Source of the DNA: Octopus vulgaris
Lineage: Eukaryota
DNA: 64,000 nucleotides
Direction: 5' to 3'
Assembly: GCA_951406725.2 (NCBI GenBank)
Contig: CATOCA020000001.1
Span: 8,990,001-9,054,000, forward strand
The translations under genes were made by a program, and so were the position numbers. Positions 57,551-64,000 of this stretch are shown piece by piece. The notes under the pieces are model-generated. The model had not been told where the DNA came from and did not search any database. It saw only the letters and a list, made by a program, of their open reading frames with translations. Every line of letters starts with the position of its first letter. Position 1 is the first letter of the stretch.

Positions 57551-58660
57551 AGTGGGCCCATTATTGATGCCCTCCACAAAATTGATTGGCATTCCTAAAT
57601 CTCCGCTCTCAATTAAGACATCTTACATATCTCATTTACTTCTCACGTATCCACCTTAATAAAGTAGATGAGGTAATGGCAAACTTGATAGAAGTCAAAA
57701 AGGTAATGTTGATTTATACTCACCAACTGGTTCTACTTCTGTTTGAACTTCATTGTCAACAAGTGCTGGCGTCTCTGAAATAAATATTCTAAATTTTACC
57801 CTTCATAGAAAAACATCTTTATATTTCTTAATAATCAAAATGTTATTCTTGTGAGGTATTCCTGTCGTTGCTGGTCAGCTGGTGACCAGTACTGCTCGGG
57901 TCGACATTTTCATACTTTCTACAGTAATACCATGTAATAGCTCAATATCCAGGTCACAACTAAATAGACTCACCTTCCTATATATCCCAATTATGGCATC
58001 CTACATAATCTAACAATAACCCTATTAAGACATCTATATAATCTTATCATTACCTTCTTTAATTTTTCATTTGAAAACACTGATAATCACCTAGATTAAT
58101 TTTCCCTTTCATCAGTCGGAGCCCTATCAATGATCTGGCATTGTCTTATCACCTGCAGATTTCTCTAATCAACATTCTTCTCCTCTTCTAATTCTGATGT
58201 CAGTGAAGCTGGTCTCCAAACATCTAACCATAAACGCATGTCACAATACATCAAGTAGGATTAATATACACCTGCTCTCTTTTTAAAAGGTTGCTGCTGG
58301 TAATCTTTAATCTTAAATCCCCACATCACAATTCATCGGAATAGGATATGATTCTGGAAACATTTGAAGATATTTCAATGTCATTAATCCTCCTTAATAA
58401 GCAGCTAATTTCAGGTGAACAGTGTTTGCTCCTAAGCAAGTGGAGCAGAAAGTGATATCAGGTATCCCAAAACACTGTACTCTTGTATAGAAACTCATTA
58501 ACTAGACACACAGACACACACACATATACACACATGCACACAATCACACACACACACATACACATATATCTATGTGTGTGTGTATGTATATATGTATATG
58601 TATGTAGATGTGTATGTATATATATACATAGGTTTATACATACATGCATACATATATATT

Positions 58661-58723
<63 letters not shown>

Positions 58724-58761
58724 AGATGGATAGATAGAAAGATAGATAGATGAATAGATTA

Positions 58762-58798
<37 letters not shown>

Positions 58799-58828
58799 GA
58801 GTGAGAGAGAGAGAGAGAGAGATAGATG

Positions 58829-58892
<64 letters not shown>

Positions 58893-60249
58893 TAAGATAG
58901 ATAGATAGATTTATGAACGTACATTTACATATTATTGCAAAGGAATTATATCTGGAATAGTACTGACTCTCAAGAATATATAAGCAAGACAGAGATATAA
59001 ATCAAACTGGAAGCGCCAAATTTATTTTGCATTATGTTTTGATTTTAACTCCATCTCAGTTTGTGCCTTGATCCTATTGCCTCAAGACGTGTCTCTCAGC
59101 AAGCTACCGTACCATTGTCTTCAAGCTTTTGGCATGATTTCTCCTGCTATTTGTAACTTCACTTGTTTCTGCTGATCATTTACAAACGATACACAGCACT
59201 ACTTATTCGATTTAAACCTCACTTTTGCCCAAATAATGAGTTAATCCAGCCTAACCAGAATTATTTGCATATCCTTTTCATCTCTCCTTAGTATTATTAA
59301 GTAATCCATGAATGCCTTCTTGTTGTAATTCACTTGAGCCGTTTCTGCTGATATAAGTAACATCCTCATAACCATCTCAAACCAAATGGCTCATATTGTC
59401 AACATACGGCTATTCAAATTCCTGTCTCAACACGATGCCAGTCTGTTGTAACATTTTCTGTGATGAACCGCATTGTGAAATCATTATAGCAGCTCCTCAT
59501 CAGATCTTTAATCTTCTCTTAATCGTTCATTGCTTCCATCAACCATTTCTATGGTATAGAACAATAAGCATTAGCCAGATCAGGCCATACATCTTTCAAA
59601 TCAGTTATTTTCTCCTTTCCTTCTTGCATTAATTCCAGATTGAAAATGCTTGTTGCGCACACGCTGGAGGTCCGGTGATTCCAGTCCTCCGGACACATTT
59701 ACTCAGATAGCCATTCTTTTATAGATATGTAGCTGATCTCTAAGCCCATGTAAACCTTACCATTCTCTATTGAAATTGTCCTGCTGCCACTTGCTTTGGT
59801 AAGTAAACACTTTCTTGTATGTACAGGTCATCAATCGGTTCACCTTTATACCCCAAATCTCTTCTTCCAGGTTATGCTTATAACATAACTGAGTACAACG
59901 TTTCTATACGTTCTGTGGTACAGCATCACCTCGTGTTGCACTCTAAACTCTTACTTTCTTCACACAACTCTCAACTTCTTTCTTCCTCTTTCTTCATGAA
60001 ATCACTAAGCTGAAATATTTTGATTCTTCGTTTCATTCGGCATTTCAGACTCTCCATGGCTGGGAATGGTTGATTTCGCTTTAGGTCACTGTACATCTCT
60101 TGTATATTCCCATCATTTTCCATGCCTTATATCCTGCGACACATGGCATCAACAAACACCATTCTAGTACCATTAGAATGGTCCTTTAGGAACTGCTATC
60201 TAAAACTATTTACCTTATTTACATATTTGGCCTGATCTTGTTTGTTGTT

Positions 60250-60295
60250 AGCACAACGTTTCGGCTGTTATACCCTGCAGCCTTCATCAGGTGCT
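60250..60295 (-). ncRNA. Minimal type I hammerhead ribozyme motif, copy B
   Basis: Same as copy A apart from one stem II loop substitution; core and stems intact. Confidence 0.85.
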
Positions 60296-60328
60296 TTGGG
60301 GAAATTCCTAAGGTATTTTTCGATGTTG

Positions 60329-60402
<74 letters not shown>

Positions 60403-61930
60403 TTCATCATCATCATCATTATTAATCACGTCACTGCCTGAAATCAAACACGGAATCTTGGGGTTTTAGAAGCATGCTGTACGCCAGGGGGAAATTATGA
60501 ACCAAATTTTAGGGATTATGTTCCTATATTTCCTTAATACAGGTTCCAATATGCTACTCATCTCTACTTCGGTTAGTGGGCCCATTATTGATGCCCTCCA
60601 CAAAATTGATTGGCATTCCTAAATCTCCGCTCTCAATTAAGACATCTTACATATCTCATTTACTTCTCACGTATCCACCTTAATAAAGTAGATGAGGTAA
60701 TGGCAAACTTGATAGAAGTCAAAAAGGTAATGTTGATTTATACACACCAACTGGTTCTACTTCTGTTTGAACTTCATTGTCAACAAGTGCTGGCGTCTCT
60801 GAAATAAATATTCTAAATTTTACCCTTCATAGAAAAACATCTTTATATTTCTTAATAATCAAAATGTTATTCTTGTGAGGTATTCCTGTCGTTGCTGGTC
60901 AGCTGGTGACCAGTACTGCTCGGGTCGACATTTTCATACTTTCTACAGTAATACCATGTAATAGCTCAATATCCAGGTCCACAACTAAATAGACTCACCT
61001 TCCTATATATCCCAATTATGGCATCCTACATAATCTAACAATAACCCTATTAAGACATCTATATAATCTAATCATTACCTTCTATAATTTACATTTGAAA
61101 ACGCTGATAATCACCTAGATTAATTTTCCCTTTCATCAGTCGGAGCCCTATCAATGATTTGGCATTATCTTATCACCTGCAGATTTCTCTAATCAACATT
61201 CTTTTCCTCTTCTAATTCTGACGCCAATGAAGCTGGACTCCAAACATCTAACCATAAACGCATGTCACAATACATCAAGTAGGATTAATATACACCTGGT
61301 CTCTTTTTAAAAGGTTGCTGCTGGTAATCTTTAATCTTAAATCCCCACATCACAATTCATCAGAATAGGATATGATTCTGGAAACATTTGAAGATATTTC
61401 AATGTCATTAATCCTCCTTAATAAGCAGCTATTTTCAGGTGAACAATGTTTGTCCTAAGCAAGTGGAGCAGAAAGTGATATCAGGTATCCCAAAATACTG
61501 TACTCTTGTATAGAAACTCATTATCTGTACACACACAAACACACAAGCACATACACACACGCACACATGCACACACACACACACATATCTATATGTGTGT
61601 GAATGTATATATGTATATGTATGTAGATATAGATGTATGTTGATATATATATATATATATATATATTTCTATATATAAATATATGTGTATATATTTATAT
61701 ATATATATATATATGTGTGTATATATTTATATATATATATATATATATGTGTATATATTTATATATATATAAATACATGTTTATGTATCATATATGTATA
61801 TATATATATATATGAACGTTCATTTACTTATTACAGCAAAGGAATTATATTTGGAATAGTACTGACTTTCAAGAATATATAAGCAAGACAGAGACATAAA
61901 TCAAACTGGAAGCGCCAAATTTATTTTGCA

Positions 61931-62667
61931 CTAGCATTAAAGACCCATCGTTGCCGTGTCATAGTGCTAGTGCATGTATATATGTGTATATATTTGTGTA
62001 CATATTACATTTACATCTATAAATATACATCTACACATAAAATGCAAAATACAAAGTTATATCTTGATATCGCTAGTGATAACAATACTCAAAATATATA
62101 ACAGACTGGAATTTTTAGCTCTTCTTATTTCTCTGCATTTTATACTTTATAGACAATAGTCTTTTCTTTAATTTAACTTTTTACTATCCATCTGGACTAT
62201 TCCATTTCTGCTCGCTAATTTTAGTTTTAATTTAATTCCCATTCATGTGAAACCACTTATTCTAGTTCAAATCATTGATGCAATTTTATACCAATTGCGA
62301 CTTTTCCTTTTGTTATGTTACGATTATATTATAATTTAGTTTGATTTTAATTATTACTTACTACATATAATTCAATTGTTATTATTATTTTTATTGTTAA
62401 AGTGAAAGCATCTGACATAAAATAGAGAATTATTTTTGTTTCACTTTTAACACGTAATACTGAAATAGTGGAGAAGATATGATATTGCTATGGGCTCGCT
62501 CTAGGCAAGAAGTTGAACATTTTCGTTGGCCCATGACACTCCCCGGACCCTAAGTAAGGCATATGTAAAATTTGAATGAAATTGGTTGTGTAGTTCTCAA
62601 GTTTAGGGAAACACACAGACAGACAGACAGACAGACACACATTCTCAGTTTTAAATATATAAAGTTT
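61931..62667 (-). mobile_element. Non-autonomous Helitron-like element
   Basis: The minus-strand 3' end is GACACGGCAACGATGGGTC..CTAG at 61931. The empty site GCA|TTATG is seen at 59031/59032. Internal (GACA)n; the 5' TC end is degenerate. Confidence 0.75.
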
Positions 62668-63887
62668 ATATATGTTGTTTTTTAACCGCATCACAGTTTG
62701 TGCCTTGATCCTATTACCTCAAGACGTGTCTCTCAGCAAGCTACCGTACCATTGTCTTCAAGCTTTTGGCATGATTTCTCCTGCTATTTGTAACTTCACT
62801 TGTTTCTGCTGATCATTTACAAACGATACACAGCACTACTTATTCGATTTAAACCACACTTTTGCCCCAAATGATGAGTTAATCCAGTCTAACCAGAATT
62901 ATTTGCATATCCTTCTGATCTCTCCTTAGTATTATTAAGTAATCCATGAATGCCTTCTTGTTGTAATTCACTTGAGCCCTTTCTGCTGATATAAGTAACA
63001 TCCTCATAACCATCTCAAACCAAATGGCTCATATTGTCAACATACGGCTATTCAAATTCCTGTCTCAACACGATGCCAGTCTGTTGTAACATTTTCTGTG
63101 ATGAACCGCATTGTGAAATCATTATAGCAGCTCCTAATCAGATCTTTAATCTCCTATTAATCGTTCATTGCTTCCATCAACCATTTCTATGGTATAGAAC
63201 AATAAGCATTAGCCAGATCAGGCCATACATCTTTCAAATCAGTTATATTCTCCTTTCCTTCTTGCATTAATTCCAGATTGAAAATGCTTGTTGCGCACAC
63301 GCTGGAGGTCCGGTGATTCCAGTCCTCCGGACACATTTGCTCAGATAGCCATTCTTTTATAGATATGTAGCTGATATCTAAGCCCATGTAAACCTTACCA
63401 TTCTCTATTGAAATTGTCCTGCTGCCACTTGCTTTGGTAAGTAAACACTTTCTTGTATGTACAGGTCATCAATCGGTTCACCTTTATACCCCAAATCTCT
63501 TCTTCCAGGTTATGCTTATAACATAACTGAGTACAACGTTTCTATACGTTCTGTGGTACAGCATCACCTCGTGTTGCACTCTAAACTCTTACTTTCTTTA
63601 CACAACTCTCAACTTCTTTCATCCTCTTTCTTCATGAAATCACTAAGCTGAAATATTTTGATTCTTCGTTTCATTCGGCATTTCAAACTGTCCATGGCTG
63701 GGAATGGTTGATTTCGCTTTAGGTCACTGTACATCTCTTGTATATTCCCATCATTTTCCATGCCTTATAGCCTGCGACACATGGCATCAACAAACACCAT
63801 TCTAGTACCATTAGAATGGTCCTTTAGAAACTGCTATCTAAAACTATTTACCTTATTTACATATTTGGCCTGATCTTGTTTGTTGTT

Positions 63888-63933
63888 AGCACAACGTTTC
63901 GGCTGTTATACCCTGCAGCCTTCATCAGGTGCT
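63888..63933 (-). ncRNA. Minimal type I hammerhead ribozyme motif, copy C
   Basis: Identical to copy B. Confidence 0.85.
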
Positions 63934-64000
63934 TTGGGGAAATTCCTAAGGTATTTTTCGATGTTGTTGTTATTATTATTATTATTACATTTTTTTTCTT

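Larger units (their letters stand above)
55326..64000. repeat. Tandem triplication of a ~3-kb unit (A ~56010-59031, B ~59032-61930, C ~62667 to beyond the window end); a Helitron precedes A and C
   Basis: Homologous ORFs start at 56378, 59396 and 63034. 55326-56010 matches 61996-62667. Confidence 0.95.

Noticed and set aside
57970-57996. Candidate 27-nt micro-exon with a strong AAG|GTGAGT donor (minus strand, repeated in unit B)
   Set aside because: The polypyrimidine tract is weak, the phase-0 frame is not directly compatible with the terminal exon, and there is no supporting homology. It would need RNA-seq.

Overview
This is eukaryotic, AT-rich, repeat-dominated DNA. The tRNA-derived SINE families and microsatellite load suggest a mollusc, most likely an octopus; this is recognition from memory, not a database result. 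Only one convincing host-gene segment is present: a ~4.8-kb terminal coding exon on the minus strand (48133-52976). It encodes ~1610 aa made of six tandem, highly diverged NHL-like beta-propeller units, and its upstream exons were not identified. The rest is transposon-derived or simple sequence: two Tx1-type LINE copies, CR1/L2-group LINEs (one with a near-complete ORF2), RTE fragments, a GIY-YIG Penelope element, Hero-like remnants, a degenerate Chapaev3-like transposase, non-autonomous Helitrons, mariner-type MITEs and several SINEs. Structural features include two minisatellites born from retroposon ends, a ~6.5/4.5-kb tandem duplication, a ~3-kb triplication, an old inverted duplication and two long fold-back palindromes. 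The most notable signals are: (1) a Penelope pseudo-LTR that joins a tRNA-like Pol III promoter remnant to a minimal type I hammerhead ribozyme, present in three tandem same-strand copies; (2) the six-propeller giant exon; (3) a Tx1 element sitting in the (GATA)n tail of an RTE element. Most short ORFs in the supplied track are microsatellite artefacts.
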